DNA of 64,000 nt from Candidatus Entotheonellaceae bacterium (lineage in GTDB: Bacteria; Tectomicrobia; Entotheonellia; Entotheonellales; Entotheonellaceae), in the NCBI GenBank assembly GCA_965238075.1, contig OZ250173.1, positions 608,001 through 672,000 of the forward strand, written 5' to 3'. Every line of letters starts with the position of its first letter. Within the stretch, counting starts at the first letter, position 1. Shown in pieces: positions 27,863-38,107 of the stretch. Under the pieces are notes generated by a model. That model did no database searches. It had not been told where the DNA came from and saw only the letters and a list, made by a program, of their open reading frames with translations. A program made the translations under genes and the position numbers.

Positions 27863-30313
27863 ATGACGGACGTCCGTAACCACTTGAGCCGTCTCGACAA
27901 ACCCCTTCAATACGCCACGCGCAATGACTTCGCCGACCTGCCCAAATTGCGCGACCTGGAATCGTTCGTACAGCATCAGATCCAGGTTTTGCAGTCATTG
28001 CCGCTGCCAGCATCGATGCCCGGTGTGTTAACGCAATTGGCGGAAACGGTACTGGGATTCGACGATCTGACGCTGACCGAGAAACGCCAGCGCGTGCAGC
28101 AGGCCGCGCGGATTCTTTCCCGCCTGCACACCTTGGCGGACAAGAGCGACGCCCCGACGCCCAAACGGGCCGCCACGCTCGCGCCGGCATCCGCCGCCGC
28201 TTCCGAAGATCCACTGGCCCAGCCGGTGCAATTCCTGCGCGGCGTCGGGCCACGCCGCGCCGCCCTGCTTGCCAGACTATCCCTGCACACCGTGGGCGAT
28301 CTGCTATGGTGCCTGCCCGGGCGCTACGAAGACCGCCGCAACATCACCCCCCTGGGCATGCTGCAGGCCGGTACCCGGCAGACGTTCTACGGCACGGTAA
28401 CGGCCTTCCAACTGCACCCCATGTCACGCGGTAAGTCCTTTGCGACCCTGCGCCTGGAGGACTCCAGCGCCCCGCTCACCTGCAAATGGTTCCAGCACCG
28501 CGGCCTTGCCCTGCAGGAGCGCTTTCCCATCGGCGCGCGTGTGGTCGGCAACGGCCTCATCACCTTCAATCGCTATGACGGCAGCCGCGAAGTGGTTCAT
28601 CCCGACCTTGAAGCACTGGAAGAGGACGACGCCGAGCTGGTTCATTTCGGCCGCTTGGTGCCGATTTACCCGCTGACCGCCGGGCTGACCCAGAAGAGCA
28701 TGCGAAGCCTGATGCACAGCACCGTGGAGACCTTCGTGCCACTAATTCGCGAGACGCTGCCGCATTCAGTCTGCACCGCTCACCGGCTGCCCGCACTGGC
28801 ACAGGCCATGCGCGGGGTGCATTTCCCGTATGACGACGCCAACCTTGAAGCTCTCAATGAGCAGCGAACCGCCTTTCACGCGCGGCTGATATTCGAGGAG
28901 TTCTTCTTGCTCGAACTCGGTCTCGCCATCCGCCACCGCGAGGTCCGCAATACACGCCGCGACAAGCACTACGACCAGCCGAACCACCTCGGCAAGGCGC
29001 TACTAAAACATTTGCCGTTTCAGCTCACTGCCGCCCAGCAGCGTGTGCTGGACGAGATTCTCACCGACATGCGTCGTCCTTTCCCGATGAACCGCCTCAT
29101 CCAGGGCGACGTCGGCAGCGGCAAGACTATCGTCGCCCTGCTCGCCATGCTGCTGGCGGTATCCAACGGCCAGCAGGCCGCCCTCATGGCGCCGACGGAG
29201 CTTCTCGCGGAGCAGCACTTGGCAACGTTGCGTACCCTGCTACAGCATCTGGACCTCGAAGTGGCGCTGCTCACCGGCACGGTCAAAGGCCGCAGCCGCC
29301 GAAAACTCCTTCAGCGCATCGCCGATGGCGAGGTATCCGTGCTGGTCGGTACCCACGCCCTGTTGTACGAGAACGTGCAGTTCCACGGCCTCGGTATGAT
29401 CGTCGTTGACGAGCAGCACCGCTTCGGCGTCATGCAGCGCGCCGGCCTGCGGCAGAAGGGCCTCCGGCCCGACGTGCTGGTTATGACGGCCACGCCGATT
29501 CCACGAACCCTGGCCATGACGCTGTACGGCGACCTCGATCTCTCCATCCTGGACGAACTGCCCCCTGGCCGCCTGCCGATCAAAACCGTCCTGCTCAGCG
29601 AAAAACGCCGCGAACATGCTTACGAGGTGGTGCGCCGCGAGGTCGACAAAGGCCACCAGGCCTACATCGTCTACCCGCTCATCGAGGAATCCGAAAGCCT
29701 CGACCTCGGCGCCGCCGCGGTCATGGCCGAGCACTTGCGGCACACGGTGTTCGCGGAATACGAGGTCGGCCTGCTGCACGGACGCCTGGCCGCCGAGGAA
29801 CGGGACGCCATCATGCGGGCGTTTGCGGAAGGACGGCTACAGCTTCTGGTGTCCACCACCGTCATCGAGGTCGGCGTCGACATCGCCAACGCCACTGTCA
29901 TGCTGATCGAAAACGCCGAGCGGTTCGGCTTGGCGCAGCTCCATCAGTTACGCGGCCGCGTCGGGCGAGGCACGGCGCGCGCTACGTGCCTGCTGCTGCC
30001 TGGTCAGAAGCTCAGCCGCGAGAGCCGCCAGCGGTTGAAGGTCATGCAGGAAAGCACCGATGGGTTTTACGTGGCCGAGCAGGATTTGCAGATTCGCGGG
30101 CCGGGGGAATTGCTGGGGACGAAACAGTCGGGACTGCCGGAATTGCGCGTCGGCAATATCCTGCATCACGGCGTGTGGTTGGAACGAGCGCGGCAGTCGG
30201 CGTTCGCGTTGCTGGACGAGGACCCCCACTTGAGCCGGGAGGAGCATCGCGCCTTGTTGCAGGCCGCGCAGACCCGTTGGGGCCGCCAGTTCGAATTGGC
30301 GACGGTCGGTTAG
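27863..30313 (+). CDS. recG: ATP-dependent DNA helicase RecG
   Basis: QGDVGSGKT, DEQH, TATPIPRT, QLHQLRGRVGRG, GTKQSG. Confidence 0.97.
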   Translation: MTDVRNHLSRLDKPLQYATRNDFADLPKLRDLESFVQHQIQVLQSLPLPASMPGVLTQLAETVLGFDDLTLTEKRQRVQQAARILSRLHTLADKSDAPTPKRAATLAPASAAASEDPLAQPVQFLRGVGPRRAALLARLSLHTVGDLLWCLPGRYEDRRNITPLGMLQAGTRQTFYGTVTAFQLHPMSRGKSFATLRLEDSSAPLTCKWFQHRGLALQERFPIGARVVGNGLITFNRYDGSREVVHPDLEALEEDDAELVHFGRLVPIYPLTAGLTQKSMRSLMHSTVETFVPLIRETLPHSVCTAHRLPALAQAMRGVHFPYDDANLEALNEQRTAFHARLIFEEFFLLELGLAIRHREVRNTRRDKHYDQPNHLGKALLKHLPFQLTAAQQRVLDEILTDMRRPFPMNRLIQGDVGSGKTIVALLAMLLAVSNGQQAALMAPTELLAEQHLATLRTLLQHLDLEVALLTGTVKGRSRRKLLQRIADGEVSVLVGTHALLYENVQFHGLGMIVVDEQHRFGVMQRAGLRQKGLRPDVLVMTATPIPRTLAMTLYGDLDLSILDELPPGRLPIKTVLLSEKRREHAYEVVRREVDKGHQAYIVYPLIEESESLDLGAAAVMAEHLRHTVFAEYEVGLLHGRLAAEERDAIMRAFAEGRLQLLVSTTVIEVGVDIANATVMLIENAERFGLAQLHQLRGRVGRGTARATCLLLPGQKLSRESRQRLKVMQESTDGFYVAEQDLQIRGPGELLGTKQSGLPELRVGNILHHGVWLERARQSAFALLDEDPHLSREEHRALLQAAQTRWGRQFELATVG

Positions 30314-30321
30314 GATTGGCT

Positions 30322-30825
30322 TCAACCGCGCGCGATATGAGCCATGTGCGCCAGCTCGGGCAGAATAAGTTTTTCCATGGCCAAGCGCACCGCGGCGCTC
30401 GACCCTGGCATGGAAACGATGACCGTGCCACTGGCAACCCCAGCCGTGGCCCGGCTCATCATGGCCGCGGCGCCGATCTCGTCGTAGCTCAGGTAGCGAA
30501 AGAGCTCGCCGAAGCCCGTCAACTCCTTTTCCAGACAATCCCGCACCACTTCGTACGTGCCATCGCGCGACGACAGGCCCGTGCCGCCGCTCAGTAGAAC
30601 GGCGTCGGTGTCGGCGTCCTGGATGTGATGCCGCAGCAAGCGTCGGATGTCGTCGGGCTCGTCTCTGACGATGCAGTAGGCGTGGACGGCGTGGCCCGCC
30701 TGTGTGAGAGCGTCCTGCATCAACCGTCCGCTGGTGTCGGTTTCCGGCGTGCGGGTATCGCTGACCGTGATGACCGCACAGCGTATACCCTTGGCGGCCT
30801 GCTGCCGGTGTTCCTGGTGGCTCAT
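30322..30825 (-). CDS. moaB: Molybdenum cofactor biosynthesis protein B / MogA family
   Basis: VITVSDTR, DTSG, GGTG..RDGTYE, GFGELFR, AMMSRA, PGS. Confidence 0.9.
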   Translation of the reverse strand: MSHQEHRQQAAKGIRCAVITVSDTRTPETDTSGRLMQDALTQAGHAVHAYCIVRDEPDDIRRLLRHHIQDADTDAVLLSGGTGLSSRDGTYEVVRDCLEKELTGFGELFRYLSYDEIGAAAMMSRATAGVASGTVIVSMPGSSAAVRLAMEKLILPELAHMAHIARG

Positions 30826-31337
30826 GATCGATTTCCGTCTGCAAAAGGGGGGAAAGGGCCGAGGTGCGTCACATCGCCCTGATCCGGCAACGCGACGATG
30901 ATGTGGCGGATGGGCTCGCCCGACGGCAAATGCAGATGCGGTTCAAGCTCGCTGAGGGGAACGAGCACGAACAGCCGTTCGCTCAAGGCTTTGTGGGGAA
31001 TATCGAGAACGGGCTTGTGCACCTCCAGGGCATCGTAGAGCAGGATGTCGACGTCGATGACTCGCGGACCCCACCTGATTGCAGGCTCGCGCCCCAACCG
31101 GCTTTCGACGGCCTGCGTGATGGCGAGCAAGGATTCGGGGCCCAAGGTGGTGTGCACCCGCGCGACGGCGTTCAGGAAGGCGTCCTGCGCGGTAAGGCCG
31201 ACCGGGGCGGTCTCATACAGCGACGAGACAGCCTGCACGGCGATGGCCGGATGCTGGTGCAAAAGGCCGCAGGCGCGCACAAGGTGCTGCTCACGGTCGC
31301 CGATGTTGGAGCCTAATCCGAGATAGACGACTGCCAT
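30822..31337 (-). CDS. folK: 2-amino-4-hydroxy-6-hydroxymethyldihydropteridine diphosphokinase
   Basis: YLGLGSNIG, FLNAV, WGPRVIDVDIL, RLFVLVPL. Confidence 0.95.
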   Translation of the reverse strand: MAVVYLGLGSNIGDREQHLVRACGLLHQHPAIAVQAVSSLYETAPVGLTAQDAFLNAVARVHTTLGPESLLAITQAVESRLGREPAIRWGPRVIDVDILLYDALEVHKPVLDIPHKALSERLFVLVPLSELEPHLHLPSGEPIRHIIVALPDQGDVTHLGPFPPFADGNRS

Positions 31338-31705
31338 GATTCCTGCGAGCGTTCGATGTCGACGCCGACATAGTCCAGCACGCTCCCCTTCAGCGACACG
31401 TGCGGCTTGCGAACGCAGATCCGCAAGCCGTCGGGAGCAAACTGCTTGCCGATCTGCATCGCCAGCGTCTCGGCGAGTGCCTCGATGAGGTCGAACCGCT
31501 CCTCCTCGACGATGCGTTTCACCAACTTGTAGACCTGCGCGTAGTTGATCGTCTGTCGTAGGTCGTCACTCAACCCCGCCGGGCGCGCGTCCACTTGCAG
31601 CACGACATCGACTTCGAAGCGTTGTCCAAGGGTTTTTTCTTCGGGATTGACGCCGTGATAGGCGTAAAACTGCATGTTGCGGAGGTGGATGGTGTCGCGG
31701 CTCAA
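31313..31705 (-). CDS. folB: Dihydroneopterin aldolase
   Basis: FYAYHGV..EE..LGQRFEVD, TINYA, LIEALA, RKP; TTG start inferred. Confidence 0.93.
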   Translation of the reverse strand: MSRDTIHLRNMQFYAYHGVNPEEKTLGQRFEVDVVLQVDARPAGLSDDLRQTINYAQVYKLVKRIVEEERFDLIEALAETLAMQIGKQFAPDGLRICVRKPHVSLKGSVLDYVGVDIERSQESWQSSISD

Positions 31706-31733
31706 CGGGTTGTCTCGACGTGAAGGGAGGGCA

Positions 31734-32327
31734 TCAGCGGCTGACGACCAGCGACATGAATTCACTGCGGGTGGCCTGATCGGTCTTGAACGAACCGCGC
31801 ATGGCCGAGGTGACCATCAGCGAGCCGGGCTTCTTGACGCCACGCATGGTCATGCAGGTGTGGGAGGCTTCCACGACGATACCAACGCCGTGCGCGTCCA
31901 ACTCGTCAATCAACAGGTCGGCAATTTGCGACGTCATGCGTTCCTGCACCTGCGGACGGCGCGCGAACACTTCGATGACACGAGCAATTTTGCTGAGCCC
32001 GACAACCCTGCCGCGCGGAATGTAGGCAGCGTGCACCCGGCCATGAAACGGCAGCAAATGGTGCTCGCACATGGAGTGAAACGGCACGTCCTTCACCAGC
32101 ACCATCTCATCGTGCTGCTCGTCGAACACCACCTGCAGGTAGGTGCGCGGGTCTTCGTGCAGCCCCTGGAAGAACTCGCCATACATCCTGGCGACCCGGC
32201 TGGCCGTGTCCTTCAGCCCCTCGCGGTCGGGGTCGTCGCCGATCGCCTCAATGATCATTCGCACGCCGGCGGCAATTTTTTCCTGATTGATCACGCCGTT
32301 CACTGCCGGGGCGTCAGCTTGCTGCAT
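31734..32327 (-). CDS. folE: GTP cyclohydrolase I (type IA)
   Basis: [32 protein letters not shown]. Confidence 0.96.
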   Translation of the reverse strand: MQQADAPAVNGVINQEKIAAGVRMIIEAIGDDPDREGLKDTASRVARMYGEFFQGLHEDPRTYLQVVFDEQHDEMVLVKDVPFHSMCEHHLLPFHGRVHAAYIPRGRVVGLSKIARVIEVFARRPQVQERMTSQIADLLIDELDAHGVGIVVEASHTCMTMRGVKKPGSLMVTSAMRGSFKTDQATRSEFMSLVVSR

Positions 32328-32458
32328 CGCATGGTCTCCTGAGAATTGGCACTGTGATGTTCAAGGCGTTCACCTTACAGGCTTTTCCGGTGAGCCGCAA
32401 ACGGCTGCGCCTTGAGCCAAAGCCAACATTATCCCTCGGGACGGCCGCCATTCCAGCG

Positions 32459-33478
32459 TCACGCGGAAAGCGCACCGTACGGGTTGTCTTTCAGTTCTCG
32501 AGCCAGCATCTCCTGGTGGCTCAGCCACGCCGTGAAATTGGCGCACAGGGCGGCGTAGTGCTCGGCGTTGTCGATGTCCAGCGTACAGCCGCCGTACGGG
32601 GTCGTCACAATGTTGAAGCGGGTGCTCAGGAGTTGCGACAACACGCTGCACACAGTCTGCAACGGCATGCAGATGGGCCGGCTGAGCCGGTAATCCCGCA
32701 AGCCGTAGCGGGCCAGCAGGCGTGCCGCGTGCAAGCGCAGGAATGCGCCAACGAATTGCATGGAGCCACGCTGCTTGCCGATCAATTCCCAACACAGGTT
32801 CAGGATGTTGTGCCATTCCTTCTGGTACCGGTATTCGTACATCTTCTCAAGATAGAAACGGTTGCCCAGCCGGAAGGGCTTCACCATGTGAAGGTTGTTC
32901 TGGCGAATCTGCATGTCGCGCAGATTGAAATACGCCATTTTGATGCCTGGACGGCCACGCCGCGGATAGTAGGCTCGCAGTACCTGCTCCGATGTCATGC
33001 CCAGGAAATAGTCGTACCGGTTGACATCGCAGCTTGCGACGAACGCCTCGATCTCTTGCGGTGTCGCCACCGGGATGTCGCCCGACATGAACAGGGCCGC
33101 CTTGTCGGCCTCGGGCCTGTCCAGATAGACCTGCCAGCCGGTTTCAGGCGCGTAGTCCGGCAGGGTGTGCAGAAAACCTTGCCAGACGTTTTCGTAGAAG
33201 GTGTGGTATTGCTCAAGCAGGTGCAGGGGGCGCTTGCCCTGAAACGGGCTGTGGGGGCTGGCGAGGGCTTCTTCAAGCTGCGCGGTATCGCCTATGACGA
33301 AGATGCGGTCGGTACAGCGGGCGCGTTCGACGGCGCTGAGGACGTGCGAAATGACCGGCACGCCGGCCACGGGCAACAGGATTTTGTTGGTGCCCAGAAC
33401 TGCACGGCTCGCCCGGCGGTTTCCCGCCGCGATAATCACATCGAAACGATGAGGCGTCGGCAACATGGTCGGTTTCAT
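32459..33478 (-). CDS. Nucleotidyltransferase family protein (MobA/GT-A-like NTP transferase)
   Basis: VIIAAG..NKILLPVAG, SGDIP, LDIDN; start (33478 or 33466) uncertain. Confidence 0.75.
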   Translation of the reverse strand: MKPTMLPTPHRFDVIIAAGNRRASRAVLGTNKILLPVAGVPVISHVLSAVERARCTDRIFVIGDTAQLEEALASPHSPFQGKRPLHLLEQYHTFYENVWQGFLHTLPDYAPETGWQVYLDRPEADKAALFMSGDIPVATPQEIEAFVASCDVNRYDYFLGMTSEQVLRAYYPRRGRPGIKMAYFNLRDMQIRQNNLHMVKPFRLGNRFYLEKMYEYRYQKEWHNILNLCWELIGKQRGSMQFVGAFLRLHAARLLARYGLRDYRLSRPICMPLQTVCSVLSQLLSTRFNIVTTPYGGCTLDIDNAEHYAALCANFTAWLSHQEMLARELKDNPYGALSA

Positions 33479-33632
33479 TTCCGCTGACGGATTCCAGATT
33501 GAGACACCTACTATACGGGGCAGCTTCCGCAGGATCAATTGCAACCATGCCCTGCCGGTTTGTGGCGGCGCGGCGCCGCTGCTAGAATGCCGTCGCTTTG
33601 TGATGCCCGAATGGCCCGAATGGAGGAGACAA

Positions 33633-34082
33633 ATGACGGTGCAACGTTTCTGGTGCAAGCTGAGCGGTTTCGTGTTGCTGGCGTGCATGCTGGCGGGTTG
33701 CGGCGTGCAGGCGTCCTACATGCAGGGCTGGGACCCGGTGGAGGACATCACGAATCGCTGGACAAGCGGCACGATCAACACCGACAAGCTGTCTGACGAT
33801 GAGCGCAACGTGTTCGAGGAATTCGGCACGCCGGACGCGCTGCGATTCTATCGCGACGTCGAATCCCGCAGACGCGTCTACGAGTGGATATACATGGAAC
33901 CGTTTCGCGCCGTGTGGTTTATGGACGGCACGCAGGTGGACTATGTCATGGTCGATACCAACGCGTCGAGGCAAACTACCACGGCGCGTGAGGCGCTCGC
34001 CAGGAAGCTAAGGACGGGCGGAGTATTGGCAGGGACCATCGGCAGCGTTGCGGCGGGAACGCTCTCACTCCTCAACGAATAG
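33633..34082 (+). CDS. Hypothetical lipoprotein
   Basis: GGAGGAG RBS, hydrophobic signal with LAGC lipobox, FGTPD...EWIY (SmpA/BamE-like pattern), Gly-rich tail. Confidence 0.7.
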   Translation: MTVQRFWCKLSGFVLLACMLAGCGVQASYMQGWDPVEDITNRWTSGTINTDKLSDDERNVFEEFGTPDALRFYRDVESRRRVYEWIYMEPFRAVWFMDGTQVDYVMVDTNASRQTTTAREALARKLRTGGVLAGTIGSVAAGTLSLLNE

Positions 34083-34123
34083 AACGGACGGCTCGTCCAC
34101 CATCCTGCTTCCGTCCGAAAATC

Positions 34124-34909
34124 CTACCAACGTCCGCGCGCCCGCTCCTTGCCCGGCAGCACTTCCAGGCAGGTCGTCCACCAGCCGGAGCGGATCGTTT
34201 CGACGAACGCCTCGGGCAACTGCTCTTGCCGCATGTCGCGCGCCAACGCCTGGTAGTCGTAATATACCGGAATGAACTCCACCTGCAGGTCGGGGTCGGC
34301 CGTCAGCAGGGTGTACCAGACGTGCGTCTCGCCGTCGTTCTCCGGGCGCCCGATGACGCCGACGTTCACGGCGTGGCGATCGTCCGGCAGGCGGCGATGC
34401 CACTTGATCCCCGTATGGGTGCACAGCAACACGTCCGCTTCATAGTCGCCGCACAGCTTGCTGAGAAAGCCGTCCGGCGTCGTGCTCTCCCATAGAAACT
34501 CGTTCACCAGCCGCGGCGAGCCGTGGCACATGTGCAACCGGTAGTTTCCCAACTGTATGCGCAGTATGTCCGGCAGGGTACGCAGCCAGCGTTTGTTTTC
34601 CTCCGAGGTGTGCCGAAAGGTGTATTCGTAGCTCAGCGCCGCATAGTAATTGTCGCGCGGGTCGGTGTAGCCGCAACCGCAGTCTGCCAACCCATCGGCC
34701 AGCGAGACGTCGTAGTTGCCACGCATGACCTGCACGCCGGATTCCCGCAGCAACGGATAAACGCGGTCCGGGTGGGGACCGAAGCCACCCAGGTCGCCAA
34801 GGCAGAACAGCGCTTCCGCCTGGCGCCGGCGGGCGTCATCGATCGTAGCGGCCAGAGCTTGGTAATTGCTGTACACCCCGCCAAACACGGCGATACGGCG
34901 ACAGAACAC
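34124..34909 (-). CDS. Metallophosphoesterase family protein with atypical motif I
   Basis: CLGDLGGFG, RGNYD, HGSP and HTG motifs present, but motif I reads GGVYSN instead of DxHGN; carries a CGC motif. Confidence 0.8.
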   Translation of the reverse strand: MFCRRIAVFGGVYSNYQALAATIDDARRRQAEALFCLGDLGGFGPHPDRVYPLLRESGVQVMRGNYDVSLADGLADCGCGYTDPRDNYYAALSYEYTFRHTSEENKRWLRTLPDILRIQLGNYRLHMCHGSPRLVNEFLWESTTPDGFLSKLCGDYEADVLLCTHTGIKWHRRLPDDRHAVNVGVIGRPENDGETHVWYTLLTADPDLQVEFIPVYYDYQALARDMRQEQLPEAFVETIRSGWWTTCLEVLPGKERARGRW

Positions 34910-34919
34910 ATTGCCCCCC

Positions 34920-35888
34920 TCAGTAGTTGCTGCACGTCATGCCGGTGACGTAGCAGGTATGGCAAGCCGTGTGATAGAGCGAGCAGGGCTGCATCGCCTC
35001 GCTCAATGAATTTTCCGACAGACGCGCCTCCGGCTCCCCTACCAGCAGCGGACAGGCGTAGACACCGCCATCGGCGACGATGCGGGATTTAGTGCACTGC
35101 AGCGTGGTGACGTCGAAGCCGTGCATCATGCCCGGGGTGACGTAAGAAGCGCCCGTTTCCGAGGGATGCAGCTTGCCCATGGCGAATACGGGAATCACCT
35201 TCAGCCGAGGTTTTTCGATACCGTTTTCCAGCAGGAAATCTCGGAATTTCTGATAAAACCCACTGCCGTCACCCGCCTCCTGCGGGGTCGTCTCCTGCGC
35301 CTCGTAGAAGTATTCCGTCACCGCCACGATGGGTGGCAGTCCGCGTTTCTGTAGCAACTGCAGCGCCCTTAAGGCCCGGCGCAGGGCGCCCTTGCCGCGC
35401 ACGGCGTCGTTCCGCGCCTCGTCCACGTCGTCCAGGCTGATGCGCATCTCCAGGGAATAGGGCGACCCGGCGGCCAGCGCCGCCAACTCGCCGGCCACCG
35501 CCGGGGTGATCAGGGTGCCATTGGTCAGCACCGACGTGGCGGCCACCTGCAGCGAGCGCGCCAGGATGGGCATGATCTGCTTATGCAGAAACGGCTCGCC
35601 GCCGGTGAAGTACACCTCGCGCACACCGTGCGTCTCCGCTTCGTCGAGGTATCGGTACACGGTTTCCGGCGCCACAAATTTGAGGGCGTGGTTGGTCGGG
35701 CTACAGGATATGAAGCAATGGCTGCACGCCAGGTTGCACAGGGTTCCGGTCAGTTGGAACCACAGGGCGTGCAGGTGATGGAAAGGTGCCTGGGGTATGG
35801 TCTGCATAAAGGGGTTCCCTGAGCCAAGAGGCCCTCGTGTTGTGCCCATGCCGGGGAGGGAGGTGTCGGCAGCGATTGTATCAGGCAC
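34920..35888 (-). CDS. Radical SAM protein (ArsS-like)
   Basis: CNLACSHC, FTGGEP, TNG; C-terminal QC..R...YAC and HTACHTC..G.TC; true start may be 35807. Confidence 0.85.
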   Translation of the reverse strand: MPDTIAADTSLPGMGTTRGPLGSGNPFMQTIPQAPFHHLHALWFQLTGTLCNLACSHCFISCSPTNHALKFVAPETVYRYLDEAETHGVREVYFTGGEPFLHKQIMPILARSLQVAATSVLTNGTLITPAVAGELAALAAGSPYSLEMRISLDDVDEARNDAVRGKGALRRALRALQLLQKRGLPPIVAVTEYFYEAQETTPQEAGDGSGFYQKFRDFLLENGIEKPRLKVIPVFAMGKLHPSETGASYVTPGMMHGFDVTTLQCTKSRIVADGGVYACPLLVGEPEARLSENSLSEAMQPCSLYHTACHTCYVTGMTCSNY

Positions 35889-35951
35889 TCAGATTTGCGA
35901 CAATGACCGCCCTTTTGTTGACCTGCAAACCGCCGGGATGAGGGTTTTTGC

Positions 35952-36851
35952 GTGAACACCGACGTGCAGCAGGCGCTGGCGCATTGCCGACAGGTGACCC
36001 GTCAGCAAGCCAAGAATTTCTATTACGCCTTTCTGTTCCTGCCCTCCGACAAGCGCGCGGCCGTCTACAGCGTCTATGCCTTCTGCCGCCATAGCGATGA
36101 CATTGCCGACGAGCCCGGCACCCTCCACGAAAAACAAGGCCAACTAAGAGCTTGGCGCGACGAGTTGGATAATTGCTATAACGGCAAGCCGACGTGCCTC
36201 ATCACGCGCGCTTTGCGGCACACCATGGAGCGATATCCCATCCCGCGGCGCTACTTCGAGGACCTGCTGCAGGGGGTCGAGATGGACCTGACCGTGCAGC
36301 GTTACGCCTCGTTCGACGACCTGCGGGTCTATTGCTACCGGGTAGCCTCAGCGGTCGGCTTGGCCTGTCTGGAGATCTTCGGTTACCGACATTCCGGCGT
36401 CCGGACATATACCCACCATCTCGGCATCGCCTTACAACTCACGAACATTCTGCGCGACGTCCGGGAAGACGCCGAGCGCGGCCGGATCTACTTGCCGCAG
36501 GAAGATTTACGAGCCTTTGGCGTACCCGAAGACGATGTGCTGCAGAGACGTTACACGGCAGCATTTGCTGCGCTGATGCAGTTTCAGCAGGAGCGTATCA
36601 TGAGCTATTACCGCCAAGCCGCTGCCTGCTTGCTGCCGGGCGACCGGACCGGCCTAATAGCGCCGGAAATCATGGCTGCCATCTACCGGGCGACGCTTCA
36701 CAAGATCCGACGCCGGCACTTCAACGTCTTTCACGGTAGCACGCGCCTGTCAGGGCTGCACAAACTGGCCATTGGCCTGGGGACGTTCGTGGCGCTCCAG
36801 ACCCGCGACAGATGGCCGGGACAACGCCAAACGACAGCCGGCAGCGGATGA
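35952..36851 (+). CDS. hpnD: Presqualene diphosphate synthase / squalene-phytoene synthase family
   Basis: NFYYAF, YAFCRHSDDIAD, YCYRVASAVG, LQLTNILRDVREDAERGRIYLP. Confidence 0.8.
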   Translation: MNTDVQQALAHCRQVTRQQAKNFYYAFLFLPSDKRAAVYSVYAFCRHSDDIADEPGTLHEKQGQLRAWRDELDNCYNGKPTCLITRALRHTMERYPIPRRYFEDLLQGVEMDLTVQRYASFDDLRVYCYRVASAVGLACLEIFGYRHSGVRTYTHHLGIALQLTNILRDVREDAERGRIYLPQEDLRAFGVPEDDVLQRRYTAAFAALMQFQQERIMSYYRQAAACLLPGDRTGLIAPEIMAAIYRATLHKIRRRHFNVFHGSTRLSGLHKLAIGLGTFVALQTRDRWPGQRQTTAGSG

Positions 36852-37933
36852 GGAGACCGCCTTTGACAACCCAGCGCCACAATGGTTCCATGCAGGCGGC
36901 GGTGCTTTACGGGCCGAGCCAAGTTGCCGTCGAAACGCTTCCTGTCCCGGACATCGGCCCGGGCGACGTGCTGGTTCGCGTGGCCGCCGCCACCACCTGC
37001 GGCACCGACCTGAAGGTCTATTTGCAGGGCCGCCATGCGCGCATGCTGACGCCGCCGTCGGTCTTCGGACACGAGTTCAGCGGCACGGTGGCGGCTACGG
37101 GCAGCCAAGTGCGGGGTTTCGAGCCCGGCATGCGGGTGGTGTCCAACAATTCAGCGCCGTGCGGGTGGTGTTACTACTGCGGACGCGGCCAGCCAAACCT
37201 GTGCGACGATCTGGTGTACATCAACGGCGCCTACGCCGAATACATAACGGTGCCGGAGCGCATCGTACGCATCAATATGCTGCGCCTCCCCGACGCCCTC
37301 CCCTTCCCCGTAGCGTGCATCACCGAGCCCTTGGCCTGCGTGCTGCACTGCCTGGACTTGGCCGCGTTTGCCGTCGGGGACACCGTGGCGGTGAACGGCG
37401 ACGGCCCCAGCGGCCTGATGCTCGCAGCCATGGCCAAGCGGCGCGGCGCGCGGGTGATTCTTTGCGGCCGGGCGCCGCAGCGCCTGCGGGTGGCGCAACA
37501 GTTCGGTATCGAATGGCTGGTCAACTACGCCGAGGTACCCGATCAGGTCGAGGCGGTGCGCGCCCTGACGGAAGATCGTCGCGGCGTGGAAGTGGCCATC
37601 GAGGCGGTGGGACGGCCCGACGTCTGGGAAACCACCGCGGCGATGGTCCGCAAGGGCGGCCAGGCCATTTTTTACGGCGGCCCCCCTGGCGGCACCAGCA
37701 TGCGCGTGGACGCCCCGGCTCTCCACTACGACCAGATTACCTTGCAAGGTGTGTTCCACAACACCCCCACGCATGTCGCGCAGGCCCTGGAGATTCTGGC
37801 GGATCCCACATTGCCTTGGGCCTCGTTATTGAGCGCCACCTTGCCGTTGGCCCGTCTCCCGGAGGCTTTCCAATTGATGATGGCCCGTGAGGCGCTCAAG
37901 GTGGTCATCCTGCCGACACCGCAACCAGATTGA
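36848..37933 (+). CDS. Zinc-binding alcohol dehydrogenase (threonine/sorbitol dehydrogenase-like)
   Basis: CGTD, GHE, CGWCYYC..C, GDGPSG; ATGA overlap with hpnD. Confidence 0.9.
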   Translation: MRRPPLTTQRHNGSMQAAVLYGPSQVAVETLPVPDIGPGDVLVRVAAATTCGTDLKVYLQGRHARMLTPPSVFGHEFSGTVAATGSQVRGFEPGMRVVSNNSAPCGWCYYCGRGQPNLCDDLVYINGAYAEYITVPERIVRINMLRLPDALPFPVACITEPLACVLHCLDLAAFAVGDTVAVNGDGPSGLMLAAMAKRRGARVILCGRAPQRLRVAQQFGIEWLVNYAEVPDQVEAVRALTEDRRGVEVAIEAVGRPDVWETTAAMVRKGGQAIFYGGPPGGTSMRVDAPALHYDQITLQGVFHNTPTHVAQALEILADPTLPWASLLSATLPLARLPEAFQLMMAREALKVVILPTPQPD

Positions 37934-38107
37934 ATTTGCCCTCATATTTCAGTGGATTTTGAGGTTTTTTCCCGGTCTATTTTCGGCCATGCCCTTGACT
38001 TGGCTAGCGGAAAGATGGATTCTGACGCAGAGAGTCTCGCGACCACGGGAGACTCATGTTCTGGTGGAATGTTATGTGCTGTGACCTGCGAAATGAGAGG
38101 AGGACAT

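Noticed and set aside
32354-33487. 377-aa + strand ORF opposite the nucleotidyltransferase
   Set aside because: Antisense shadow with no motifs; the minus-strand protein has NTP-transferase motifs.
34920-34922. UGA readthrough (selenocysteine) at the radical SAM gene end or other TGA-terminated genes
   Set aside because: The proteins look complete at their TGA stops; no continued homology or clear SECIS hairpin seen by eye.
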